This document shows positions 42,335-54,887 of a stretch of 64,000 nucleotides of DNA, in pieces. Location of the stretch: the NCBI RefSeq assembly GCF_006345805.1, contig NC_042998.1, positions 43,772,001 to 43,836,000 on the forward strand, given 5' to 3'. The translations under genes and the position numbers were made by a program. Within the stretch, counting starts at the first letter, position 1. Each line of letters begins with the position of its first letter. The notes under the pieces were generated by a model. That model did no database searches and was not told the origin of the DNA. It saw only the letters and a program-made list of their open reading frames with translations. This DNA comes from Octopus sinensis. Taxonomy: Eukaryota.

Positions 42335-42925
42335 GTAATATATAGATATAATTTAATATACACAGCACAAAGTTTAGAGACAATAATTTCATGCACTGGA
42401 GACACAATTCTAGACACGTTTTCATAACACACCTTAGGTCTCCAAGAAGTTTCCGAGCTCTGAGTACATGACCTATTGAATTCAGAAATCAGGATGCTGG
42501 AACAAGAAAAATCACGAGAAAAAAAGAACACTTGGTAGATGCACAAAATGAAGGGGTAAATAAAAAGGATAAAAAAAGGCAAAAGGACAAAGAAATGAAA
42601 TTAGAGTTACGTTGTCTTTGAACGTAGGGCAATAATTATTTGTTGTAGAAGAATTGTGTTAGAAGAATTCAAACGGATGGAGTCCAAAGTCTACGAGACT
42701 TTGCATAACGATTTTTGAAATCCCCTTCGTATAACCGGATGTAATTCACTTTTTCGGTTAGGTTACCTTGCAGCGTTGCTATGGCTACTGCTTTGCATAC
42801 GACTGAGTTTATCAAACACGTTTTGTCAAGTGGACAGGTTTTAGCGTCTCGAAAGTTATAATTGAGAGTGAGATCTCGGTAATCTTTTCGAGAGTTATCC
42901 TCAAGAGCCCACTCGCAGATGTAAC
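42162..42925 (-). mobile_element. Penelope-like element remnant (GIY-YIG domain, 3' end with degenerate HHR)
   Basis: The minus ORF NFRDAKTCPLDKTCLINSVVCKA...KVNYIRLYEGDFKNRY matches the PLE endonuclease CNC...CPL.G.CL..SVVY.A....YIG..E..FK.RY. An HHR-like motif lies at 42241-42271. Confidence 0.75.
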
Positions 42926-42949
42926 TCCGTTGTATATAGATAATAGTCA

Positions 42950-43290
42950 TTATTGTTCCAGTCATTAGGCTGCGGCCATGCTGGGGCACCGCCTTGAATA
43001 ATTTTAGTCGAACAAATCGAACTCAGTACTTATTCCGTTTTTAAGCTTAGTAACTATTCTATCACTCTCTTTGGCTACCCCACCCCAAAAAACATTACTT
43101 TGGCTTAAATACACCAGCATCGGTTGTCAAGTGGTATTGACACACACACACACACACGTGTGTATCTATATAGACAACAGATCTCTTTCAGATTTCGTCT
43201 ACCAAGGCACATAGCCAAGGTGCCATGCAGTGGGACTAAACCCAGAACTATGTGACTGGAAAATCAACCGTTATACCACACGGCCATTGC
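42950..43290 (-). mobile_element. SINE family A, diverged
   Basis: gcggccatgctgg..caccgcc, cacaccagcatcggttgtcaag and aaggtgccatgcagtgggact motifs. Confidence 0.75.
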
Positions 43291-43763
43291 TATACGTTGT
43301 TCATCTCCTAATCTTTACTTGACTCATATTTGACTTCTTTTTTTGTGGGGATCTGGTCGACACAATCATTTGAAATATAGAAGAACATATTGACTCAATA
43401 CTTTCTGCAACATGATTTCTATAATATAGCCTCCCTACGTCTCCCATAAAATCAAACGTATGCTACTAACGAATTTTACTCTTGAAAGGTTTTAAGTTTT
43501 ACTCGATGTTTTCCTTTTGCTTTCAAATTCTAACAATTCTAAGTGACGTCTGAAAATTCATTCAACCTATAAAATTAATTGTTTGCGCAATTATAAACAT
43601 TCATATCTGTAATTTTACTTGATACGTGCTGGTATGGCTGTATAGTCAAGAAGTTTGCTTCGCAACTTCGCCGTTTCAGATTTAGTTCCAATGCATGACA
43701 TCCAGCTCGAGTAACGCCTTGTGAGTAAATTTGGTTAACGGAAGTTGTGAGGAAGAACGTAGT

Positions 43764-43802
<39 letters not shown>

Positions 43803-46365
43803 GTGTGTGTGCGTGTGTATACGTGTAATCGTCTTTGCGTTTATGTTTGCCACCTATTATATAACGACCGGTATTGGTTAAGTTAAACTCCTATAACTTA
43901 GCTCTTAGGCAAAGAAACCGACAGCATAAATAGCAATCTTCAAATCAGAACTGGAGTCAATAAGGTGATATTCCAGCCTGGTCCCACTCTAAAGACTGAA
44001 ACCAGTAAATTAGTAAAAAATATATTAGATATATCATCGACACTTATCAGACGATTCAACACTTCCAGCAACGTTTTTCTAAAAATGTGTTCTTTATTAC
44101 CTAGAAGATTTAGAAAATCAGAATGGCATTCTTTATGGCGTTCGAATCTAGGGTGTAAAGAGGGACAAAAGAAGCCTTGACTCACTGGGGTCTTGTTTTA
44201 AAAGGTTTGTAATAAACTGATTCCGCAAATGCAACTCAATGTCTTTTATTTGTTGTTGCTGTTACTTTGCTTGAAACTAATTGAGCAGATCTATGATCAG
44301 TGATATTCCGCCTATGATCACCCTACCTTAAAGATATCTAATGTTACAGCAGCTAGTATGATTCTGCTTTCGTAAGACAGTATTAGGGTTTGAGGGTAAC
44401 CTGGCTGCTATTTTTAGCGAGTCAGACGTGCATGTAGATACTTTTCTGTGTGATATAGATTCTGAGATAGATTTTCTAGAATAATGTTTTTCTGCTCTTA
44501 ATTATTCTCTATCAGTGAGGAAACAAATAATCATTATTAAAACATCGCACATACGGGTATGAAGACATAAATACAGCTTTCATACACATTACCATTTTCT
44601 CAAAAAAATGCACGCATCATCTGACACTATGCCTCTCAATATTATTCTAAATCACTATCTTTTTTTTACACAACACTGATATACGTACATAAACACAATG
44701 TGAATACATGCATACATATGCATACATAGAACACACATACATGTATACACCCATGTGTATTATTCAAGTATATGAATGGAGTATATATTTATGCATAGAC
44801 ATAAATATTTCTTTGAAGAGTTATACATACATACAAACATGTACACAGAAATACTAACATATATGCACACGTACACAACCTCTCATACAATAATCTGAAT
44901 GAACTTTTGCATGTTTTCTCTTACTTATGTACGCCTGTGTTCACGTAAATATATAGATATGTAGATATATGTATATAGTGTCTGGCAGAAGTACTTTTTG
45001 TTCAATATATCATACTTCCGTGATTTCCTAAGCAATAGCATCACGGAAGCTAAGACGGCATTACCATGAAGACTATCAGGAATGACCTGGCTGCTTTTAT
45101 GCATCAGCTGCCTCTTTTTAGATCGATTTTTATGCCCTGCTTACATATCACATTTTTCCTTCCTCACACTACTGGAACATTACCCTACTACCTCTAATAT
45201 CTCCTCTATTATCCCTATCTGCTTCCTCACCAAACGCAATTGCCGCAAGGGATATACGCCTTCTAAGTAGTACGTACTAAATTATAGCAGCAATTCAGTC
45301 AACAAGCCAGTGAATAAAATAGCCATTCTGACATCACTGAAAGTATTTTCCTTCTCTCACAACCAACATATTATGTGTCAACATTGCCAAACATAAAATT
45401 TCGATCTGTATCGAAGTCTAAACGAACTTGCTATCGTGCTATTCATGAGTAAAATGAAAATATGAATGAACTCAGGCACTGTTCCAAGTAAGACCACTCA
45501 AGAACCTGTCCAAGTTAAATTTGCACACCTACTCACTGTATACCGTCGTAATGATTTCAACTCAGCCTCTTCCACCGAAAACAGACACCTATATAGTTAA
45601 TTTTAATATGAGCTTGGCATTTTCGCCAATTTTCTGTATATTAGTTTCGACAGCTTCTGGTGACTGTTACAGAAAAGTAGGTGATATTCCCTCTAGCTAG
45701 AAGTTCGATGGTCAGTTTTGTAGATAACATACTTTATTACTAATGCTACTTCTCTTGAATATGGCAGGAACTTTGCATATTTTTTTATACTTTGCATATT
45801 TCTTTAATTGGTGCTTGCCCTTTTGCCCGCTCAATGATATACCCATCTTTATCTGCCTATTGCCAGATACACTATAGTAATTAAGGACTTTATTTTTTTA
45901 AGTGGTCTTCACATCTATGAAGATGTCAAAATAATGATTCTAGGGTTCGATTCTCTGTACAGGCCACTTTCCCCGTCTTTTAAGGGTATTTACCCGATTT
46001 TCTAAGTTGTCTTCGCAGCCGTCCTGTGTTCGAGAATTCCTGTGTTTTCCGTATATTACAGATTAATATTACCAGAGCAATAAAGAACAGGTCTTTTAAA
46101 ATAATGTTTTTTATTTGGTTTCCTTACATAAAACAATAAAATGTTCGAAAAGTCAATGAATTAGGCTATTCTCCTAAAATAAATGTATATGACAAAACAT
46201 AATCGCAAGTTGGTCACAAATTGATAATATATATGACTTTTATTTAGAACGAAGGAAATGTACAAGGAGACAGATGAACATTTCTAGCTGTTTTCCCAGT
46301 CAATCGAACACCAGGGGAATAAGAGGAGCTGTTTTGCTGAAATTTTATAACTTATTCTACACTCC

Positions 46366-46600
46366 TCACAAGATATGTTTCATCTATTACTTGTTCCAGT
46401 CGTTAGACCTCGGTTTTGCTGGCACACCACCTTGAAGGGTTTAGTCGAATAAATCGACACGAGTTCTTTATGGTAATGTCTGGTGCTTATTCTATTTGGC
46501 TCTCTGCGTTGAAACGCTAGGTTACGGGAAAATAAATAAAACAAGATCGTCGATGGGGGTTAAACACAAACAAAAGGACACACACATACGGTTATATGCA
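46366..46600 (-). mobile_element. SINE family A 3' fragment, diverged
   Basis: acttgttccagtc..tttagtcgaataaatcgac..gcttattctat. Confidence 0.6.
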
Positions 46601-46800
46601 TACATGCACATACCAACAAACACATGCGCACACAAACACACTTACAAAACACACACACACACACACACGCACACACTCACACACACATATACACGTAATA
46701 TTTTCGTAGCTGTATGTAATAATATATCAAAGCCATTAATACAAATTCTTCTAGAAATAATAATAGTCTAATACAGAAGTGTTTTGCCTTATTATAAGCT

Positions 46801-46958
46801 GAAGTGTGGCTGTGTAGTAAGAAGCTTGCTTCTCAACCACACGGTTCCGGGTTCAGTCCCATTGCGAGGCACCTTGGGCAAGTGTCTTCTGCTATATCCC
46901 CGCGCCGACCAAAGTCTTGTGAGAAGATTTGGTAGACGGAAATTGAATGACGCCCGTC

Positions 46959-47009
<51 letters not shown>

Positions 47010-47225
47010 CGCGTGTCTTTGTGTCTGTATTTGTCCCCCCTCACTGCTTGAAACCAATGTTGGTGTGTTTGCGTCAACGTAACTTAATGGTTCTCAAAAG
47101 AGACCGATGGAATAAGTACTACGTTTAGAAATAAGTCTTGAGGTCGATTTCTTCAACTAAAACTCTTCAACGTGGTACTCCAGCATGGCCGCTGTCTGAT
47201 GAATGAAACAAGTAAAAGACTAAAA
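46801..47225 (+). mobile_element. SINE family A
   Basis: Head gtggctgtgtagtaagaagcttgc..ggttccgggttcagtccc and tail gaaacaagtaaaagactaaaag. Confidence 0.85.
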
Positions 47226-47264
47226 GTGTACCGTATATATCTGGTTAAATATGTATTGTCTGCA

Positions 47265-47660
47265 TGGGAAATAAACATAGAGGTGACAAACAAGGAGAGA
47301 CAAAAGGATTAAGTCAATTACATCGACCCCTGTGCGTAACTGGTACTTATTTAATCGATCCCGAAAGGATGAAAGGTAAAGCTGACTTCAGCGGAATTTG
47401 AACTCAGAAAATAACGGCAGACGAAATACCCATTTCTTTACTACCCACAAGGGGCTAAACACAGAGAGGACAAACAAGGACAGATAAACTGATTAAGTCG
47501 ATTATATCGACCCCAGTGTTCAACTGTTACTTATTTATCGACCCCGAAAGGATGAAAGGCAAAGTCGACCTCCGCGGAATTTGAACTCACAACGTAACGA
47601 CAGTCGAAATACCGCTAAGCCTTTCGCCCGGCGTGCTAACGATTCTACCTACTTGTTACC
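47265..47660 (-). mobile_element. Two tandem SINE family B copies
   Basis: Duplicated atcgaccccgaaaggatgaaaggc..ggaatttgaactc blocks at ~47360 and ~47540. Confidence 0.85.
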
Positions 47661-47844
47661 CTATATCTGGCTAAATATTATCGAAAAACTATTATATTAG
47701 AAATGACGATTTCTGTTCGAATAAGTAATAAGGTACTGCCTTACAAAAGAATACATTGACTGGTATACAAAATCATGCATTAATACAAACGCACATATAA
47801 ACAGAGATATGTACACACACACAGATACACACAAACACCTACAT

Positions 47845-47925
47845 TTAATTATATATATAATTATGAAACCCTGTTTATAACTCTAGAACGCACGTCTCAT
47901 TTAACGCGGATTCGGTTATAAGACA
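47845..47925 (+). mobile_element. pogo/Tigger-like terminal remnant
   Basis: gaaaccctgtttataac..ttaacgcggattcggttataa resembles pogo-family termini. Confidence 0.35.
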
Positions 47926-48118
47926 GTAAGTTATTTGACGCAATCTTGCATACATATATTCGGGTGGTATTTTCGGATTTTCTAAACTGGACCCCAGTTT
48001 AGTGCATTCCCCTCATTTTCATGCTAACATTTTGTTCCCATCAAATTCACGGTAAACTGAATAGGTTGCAGTAGCTCTTATTTCTAGCAATGTAGGTGCT
48101 ACCCTGCACTACCAGTCA

Positions 48119-48202
<84 letters not shown>

Positions 48203-48249
48203 CGTGTGTGTGTGTGTGTGTACCAAGTTGGCCATACAATGCAGACGCT

Positions 48250-48715
48250 TGGCCGAGGGATATTTCAAGCTTTCAAAAGGAGAGAAAAGGAAACCATGTT
48301 AGTCCCCTGGAGGACTGTAATCCTCAGCCGCCTGGATTACCATTTGGATCACTAAACAGTGTAAAATTAACGACGGAACTCGAGGCTATCCGTCGAAGCT
48401 ACAAAAAAAGCATCCACTCAATGTGACATATCGGGTACTGTTACTCAAACAGCATGACGGGGCGCCACTGAATAGTGCAAACAGTCCTAACATTGTCATC
48501 AGGATGCAAGACCAGATACTGCAACAGCTTGGGCTTCAAAATCCCAAATCTCTTCAATATCCTCTCACAAAGCTCGAGATGTAGACGTTTTCAAAATAGA
48601 ACTGGATCTGTTTCTGACAAGAGTTCTGTATGAAACTATCTCAAGGCAAGACTCACAGATAAGGGCTGCAACGCCAAACTCTCTCTGTCACCAAATGTCA
48701 CATATCAGAACAGGT
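48250..48715 (+). mobile_element. CR1-clade-like LINE 3' remnant
   Basis: Frameshifted VILSRLDY..SVKLTTELEAIRRSY and CNSLGFKIPNLFNIL..FKIELDLFL match post-RT motifs of CR1-like LINEs. Confidence 0.6.
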
Positions 48716-48749
48716 TTAGTGAAAATGTAGCAAATCAACTAATACGAAA

Positions 48750-48849
<100 letters not shown>

Positions 48850-48899
48850 AATAGTAAATCTCTGAACGAGGTATAGACAGTAGCTGCACGACAACGTGA

Positions 48900-49036
48900 A
48901 GTATATTTACCACTTAGATGTGGCTAACCACGGCTCAGAATGTGTGTCAATAGCCAGCTGGAGAAGATGTTCTCCTGGGACTACAAGCTACTGTAGCATC
49001 CACCCTTCGTGGTTAGCCACATTTAAGTGGCAAATA

Positions 49037-49040
<4 letters not shown>
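48900..49040. mobile_element. MITE-like element, 33-bp terminal inverted repeats
   Basis: agtatatttaccacttagatgtggctaaccacg (48900-48932) matches the reverse complement of 49008-49040 with 2 mismatches. Confidence 0.75.
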
Positions 49041-49096
<56 letters not shown>

Positions 49097-49225
49097 TGAG
49101 AAAGACAATTGTGTTGCGGGGAATAGAAAGAAGTTTGTGTTGTGGGGACAGGTTATCTATGGCTGGAATATAATTTCCTATCATAACCTAATTGCCTTAT
49201 TGATATATATTTATTTATTTTTCAG

Positions 49226-49321
49226 TGGTGTGTGAAGCTCAGCACGGAGACGTCAAAAGACAATGAATTTACTGTTGGACAGCTTTTAACAGCAATATAA
49301 GAGATAACTACGAAAAATCAT
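49226..49321 (+). other. Candidate 96-nt exon (coding status unclear)
   Basis: Acceptor tttatttatttttcag| and donor |gtaagt. All three frames contain a stop codon. Confidence 0.4.
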
Positions 49322-49382
49322 GTAAGTATTGCATATGTGTCAGTCACATATGTGTAGATTATACACATTATCTATCTATCTA

Positions 49383-49483
<101 letters not shown>

Positions 49484-49514
49484 GTCTGTCTGTCTATCTT
49501 CAAGGGTTTTTATT

Positions 49515-49614
49515 TCTTGAGCCTAGTACTTATTCTAGCTGTCTCTATCGAACTGCTAAAACCACCGGTTGTCAAGTGGTGATGGGGCAGTGGGCAAACA
49601 CGGACACAAAGACA

Positions 49615-49663
<49 letters not shown>

Positions 49664-49920
49664 ACACACACATACACACACACACACTCACACACGCACG
49701 CACACACACACATATATATATATATATGTATGTATATGTATAGATATATATGTACGACATACGACTGGCTTCTTTCATTTGCCGTCTACTGAATTCACTC
49801 AAAGCTTTCGTCGGCCCTAGGCTATAGTTAAAGACACTTTCCCAAGGTGACACGCAGTGGGACTGAACCCGGGGCCATGCAGTTGTGAAGCAATCTCCTT
49901 ACCACACAGTCACGCCTGCG

Positions 49921-49925
<5 letters not shown>
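49515..49925 (-). mobile_element. SINE family A, internally deleted
   Basis: Head cctgcgccta at 49916-49925; body matches the family. Confidence 0.85.
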
Positions 49926-49972
<47 letters not shown>

Positions 49973-52211
49973 TTCAATGAAATATAAGATGGAATAATAA
50001 AAAGGTCTCCATTCAAAATAAATCAATCACTTACTAATATCCTGACAAATAAAATAACCATTAGACAAAACATTTCTTAGAGTTATATAATTCGATTATG
50101 TCTTCAACATTATATTAATTTACGATCATTTATTTCTGATTATCGTTTCCTGTCATACTTATTGTATACAGAATATCTATTTCTGATTGATTTCCTATTT
50201 TATGCACTGAGTTTTTAATCTGCAATGATTTTTTGTCTTCATAATTCTTCGTTTATAGCTGTTATTTGCTTATTTACGTTTACCATTTCCTATTTACAAT
50301 ATTATATCTGTTTGACGATCTCGATATTTATCTGGAAATAGTAATTTTGATGTTATTAGTTATTATACTAATGTAACAACGATATAAAAATAAGTTTCCT
50401 TTATATTACCGATTTATGTAAACAATTTTCTTATTGACAGTGAATTTAGTTAAGCACTGTAACAAGCGTTTAACGATATGGTTTTAATTACTATATATAG
50501 ACTAACTTATAAAATATTACAAGAAAATTGCATCGTAATGGAGGATACAGGTTTAGTTGTCATGCGACTAAGTTCTGTTATTCTTGCTCTATTGACTTAT
50601 TGACAGCAGACGTGGCAAAAGGCGGGAGAAGACGAGTACTAATATTTAATAACAATTACTTTACAGCAGTTTCAATGTAACCACAGTGACATACATCGAT
50701 TTGGCTAAATCATTTATATTCATGTAGGAATGATAGAATATATTTAGAGAAGAACAGTATCTGTATTGACGTGTTAAAACAAAATAGTTAAAATACATTA
50801 TTACTTTAATGATTTTTCTCTAACATTTTTATTTATTTATTTACTTTGTTTGTTTGTTTGTTTGCTTGCTTGTTTCTATTCATACTTTAGAAAGAAAAGA
50901 GAATATTGACGAAGTCTTTCTAACATAAATTACTCTGTCAGTCTTGAAAATTAATATCGAACCGATTCTACTCTCAACAGAGATATATTTATCATTTCTC
51001 ACCGATCTAATGCTATTAAATTACATTGAGAATTGCTTGTTAGGAAACCAGAGTCAATATTCTGTCTAATAACAAGTTTAAGTTTAATCTACCATAGAAG
51101 AATCAAATAAATACAATACAGGAAAAAATTATAAATATGTATTTATAATTCTGTGTAATAATAAGCAGCTTGTTTGAAAAGTTTTAGATATGTAAAAATT
51201 CAGTTTATTAATTTTGAACATTTTAGAGAACGTTGAGAGAGTTACAGTCTTTAAAACCCGCGATAATAAACCAATGGTTGCTGATCATAAGAAAAATATG
51301 GGCAAAATTTTCAGAATGGTATGATGGTATGAAATAAAGCTTTATTGGAATAGAAATTATGTTTGACTAGGCAAGAGAACCTTAATTTGGATTATGTTAC
51401 TTTGTACGTATTCACTTTAATAGAAAAGAGTTCATTTCAATAGAAAGGAAGAAACATAAATATTTGATAGAATTCTCACAGGTTCGGCATATTTTAATGC
51501 ATAAATGAACTCTTGAAAAATAGTATTAAACGCTGACTTCATTTGAATCATTTAAATTTCAGTTAATCTTATTAAGAGTTACGTCTACTGTAAACATTAT
51601 ATGAGGTGTCCTTCAACAGAAAGAATGTTATAATTCAGGTTGACACATATGATTAGATTTACAAGATTATTCCACTCAGGGAAGAAGAATTCTCGTGATC
51701 CTGAGTCTGACTCACTTTGAATTAATTCATAATCTTATTGTACATATGTTTTCATTATTTCGGAAGCATCTCATTAAATCATACCAAACAGCAAAGTTGG
51801 TGACTGTGAGCATGGAATTAATGAGGAGACAGAAATGTCAAACAACGTTAGTTAGTAGTTAGCTGAGCATATTTATATTATAGAGACAATTATACGGAGT
51901 AAATTAAGAAGCAGGTGAGGAGATGCTATTCTAAGAAGCATGACATAGTTCATTTTACAGTTAATGAACTTGCAGGCCTGAAGAACTAATGTCGTTCCTT
52001 TCTGTTTCAAGCAGCTGAGGATGGATAATGTTTGTTTACACAATATTTAGTTTAACACATCACAACATGGATAATAACGTCTGGATATCAATTATACTCT
52101 TATATATATAATACGCAAACAGGTGGATTGAATTGAGCAAACATGCTTTATTGCATAATACAATAGTTTCATCTTAACTTTATCACCAGATTATTGTTGA
52201 CATATATATAA

Positions 52212-52436
52212 ATGGCTGTGTGGTAAGAAGCTAGCTTCCTAACCACCCACATGATTCTGGTTCAGTCCCACTGTGTGGCACCTTCTACTATAACTTCGGG
52301 CCGACCAAACCCATGTGAGTGGATCTGATAGAGGAAAACTAAAGGAAGCAAGTCCTGGGGTAGATTTGTTTGACTAATCCTTCAAGGCACTGTCCCAGCA
52401 TAGCTACAGTCAAATAAAACAGCTAAACGATGAAAA
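52212..52436 (+). mobile_element. SINE family A, deleted and diverged
   Basis: tggctgtgtggtaagaagct..ttcagtcccactgtgtggcacct..gggccgacc. Confidence 0.7.
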
Positions 52437-52444
52437 ACATGGTG

Positions 52445-52474
<30 letters not shown>

Positions 52475-52476
<2 letters not shown>

Positions 52477-52856
52477 CTAGCAGTATCGCCCGGCGTTGCT
52501 CAGGTTTGTAAGGGAAATAACTATAAAGCATATTTAGAGAGTTATAGCCAAAAAATAGAAAAAATGGAAAAAATTATGGTAAATTTTTTTTGACAGTTAA
52601 AAAAGGTGGAGTTGCGTCCCCTAGACGGTCTGTGGTTTGGGTTTCTGAAATTCGACCCCATGTCGAATTATCGATCTTTTTCAGAACTGGGGGAACTTTT
52701 CAAAATTTTCGCTGCGTTAGTTTTGAATTATGACATTGGGCTATGTGTGTGTCAAGTTTCATCAGATCGGTGTTGAAAAGCCGTGGTCAGGTGAGGGTAC
52801 GAGAAAACAGACACACAGAAAACGCACAGACAAACTGCCGTTTATATAGAGAGAGA
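52475..52856 (+). mobile_element. Non-autonomous Helitron/Helentron-like element (DINE-1/Lep1-type architecture)
   Basis: 5' tactag..cgcccggcgttgctcagg hairpin, subterminal aagtttcatcagatcgg, and 3' (acag)-rich end with tttatatagagagat. It is inserted in (TA)n. Confidence 0.55.
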
Positions 52857-53095
52857 TATAATTAATCAATATAGGGTGGCAAAAAAAAAAAAAAAAAATT
52901 TGTAGAATTTTTTTGCCACCAGCGGCCTAGTGGGAAAAAATTAAATAGTCATAGACCATTTTTAAGTTCAACATCAACAATCAAGGAACGGCCATAATAG
53001 GCCATTCACCCACTAGAAATAACAGCCAAAGCTTCAACCGCAAATAAAAGTAAATTCCGTAAACAGGAGAAAATTTAAAAAACATTTACCCTGTA

Positions 53096-53202
53096 ATTTC
53101 TTATACGATGCACCGTTTCGTCTGCTGTTTAATGGTAAACTAACCTGATTAAATTAAATCAAGCCAATCTTCCATAGGCCCTCAGATTCTTCAGTAAGAA
53201 AT
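53096..53202 (-). ncRNA. Type I hammerhead ribozyme with long stem II
   Basis: Reverse complement of 53771-53877. Confidence 0.75.
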
Positions 53203-53770
53203 AGCCACAAGTCGGAACAGATATTTTCACGAGGCATTTCCGACCCTGCCAAGTTAATATCTGACCTAAAATTTTCAAATCATCGCACTCGCGCCAAATT
53301 TATCGGCAGCAAATAAATATAAGCCATCGATTCCATTACGGAATTAACCAGAAAATTCATAATTAATCAATATAGGGTGGCAAAAAAAATTTTGTAGAAT
53401 TTTTTTGCCACCAGCGGCCTAGTGGGAAAAAATTTATTTGCGGTTGAAGCTTTGGCTGTTATTTCTAGTGGGTGAATGGCCTATTATGGCCGTTCCTTGA
53501 TTGTTGATGTTGAACTTAAAAATGGTCTATGACTATTTAATTTTTTCCCACTAGGCCGCTGGTGGCAAAAAAAATTCTACAAAATTTTTTTTTGCCACCA
53601 TAATTGATTAATTATGAATTTTCTGTTAATTCCGTAATGGAATCGACGGCTTATATTTATTTGCTGCCGATAAATTTGGCGCGAGTGCGATGATTTGAAA
53701 ATTTTAGGTCAGATATTAACTTGGCAGGGTCGGAAATGCCTCGTGAAAATATCTGTTCCGACTTGTGGCT

Positions 53771-53877
53771 ATTTCTTACTGAAGAATCTGAGGGCCTATG
53801 GAAGATTGGCTTGATTTAATTTAATCAGGTTAGTTTACCATTAAACAGCAGACGAAACGGTGCATCGTATAAGAAAT
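53771..53877 (+). ncRNA. Type I hammerhead ribozyme with long stem II
   Basis: Stem I ATTTCTTA/TAAGAAAT (8 bp perfect), core CTGAAGA (53779-53785), stem II closed by TCTG/CAGA, GAAA (53854-53857), stem III CG-GTGCAT-CG, and a GUA triplet with predicted cleavage after 53869. Confidence 0.8.
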
Positions 53878-54194
53878 TACAGGGTAAATGTTTTAAATTT
53901 TCTCCTGTTTACGGAATTGACTTTTATTTGCGGTTGAAGCTTTGGCTGTTATTCTAGTGGGTGAATGGCCTATTATGGCCGTTCCTTGATTGTTGAAATA
54001 TATATATATATATATATAATGCTCTTAGCTTAGACTCTTTTGGGGGCAACCAGATCGAGCTGTCTCAAGTGTAACTGCCCGAAACACTAAGGACTTCTGG
54101 TATACGTGACTGAGGAAAGAAGGCCACAGATGACCCGTCTTTTTTTTGTCTGTCTGCCTTTGTATCGCCTATCTGTCCGAATGTTTTATTGTCC

Positions 54195-54226
<32 letters not shown>

Positions 54227-54589
54227 TATATCCAGGGATGAATACATATACATGTATGTATATGTGCGTTTATCCTGAATGACACGTATTACTAAATATT
54301 TGTTCACTTGGAACATTAACGATATTAGTGTAATTTCTAAAACGTAGTATATAATTTATGCAGTATTTTTTACTAAAAAACATGATAAAATACGTTATAC
54401 TAGTGACTGCACGCTCTTTCGTTTCCTCTCTCTTCCTTTCTCTAATTCTTTTTATCTCCCCTTCTCCCGCTTTCGTTTTATTCTCTATCATCCTTTCTCT
54501 AATTCTTTTCCTCTCCCCTTCGCCGTTCTCTGTCTCTCTCTCTCTCTCTCTCTCCGTCACACTTCCTACTTTGCTGTGTCGTTGCTCGT

Positions 54590-54887
54590 ACGTGACCACC
54601 GGCCTTTCCTTCTGATTCGCCACCTCACCTCGTTTAGGCTTAGCAGCCCTTTCTGTTTGTTTTGACTGTCCTGTTGTTGTTACCAACTTTGACCCTCCGC
54701 AAAACCCCAAATTTCTTTTAATTTGCTTTGCGGGAGCAACTGTTTTGTCGAAGGCGAATCTTGTCGTGAATTGCTCGAAATATGGAACAGGAAAACAGCC
54801 GGCAACTGATGAAGGGTCGTTCTTCATGTTGCATGTCTTGTTTTCCATTTGTTTCTTTCGTTGTTCACAAAAACATTCATATTTCAT
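54590..54887 (-). CDS. Candidate first or early coding exon of an unidentified protein
   Basis: Non-repetitive part of the 205-aa ORF (MKNDPSSVAGCFPVPYFEQFTTRFAFDKTVAPAKQIKRNLGFCGGSKL...). Possible donors are GTACGA or GTAGGA before a (GA)n tract. No homology recognised. Confidence 0.3.

Larger units (their letters stand above)
52861..53996. mobile_element. Fold-back array of a ~500-bp HHR-containing monomer (retrozyme/PLE pseudo-LTR-like)
   Basis: The unit starting attaatcaatatagggtggc recurs at 52861 and 53362 (period 501). From 53433 to 53996 the sequence is the reverse complement, itself crossing the monomer junction. Each arm carries one HHR. Confidence 0.85.

Noticed and set aside
54806-54830. 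HHR at CTGATGAAGGGTC
   Set aside because: No complementary stem II strand or GAAA follows.
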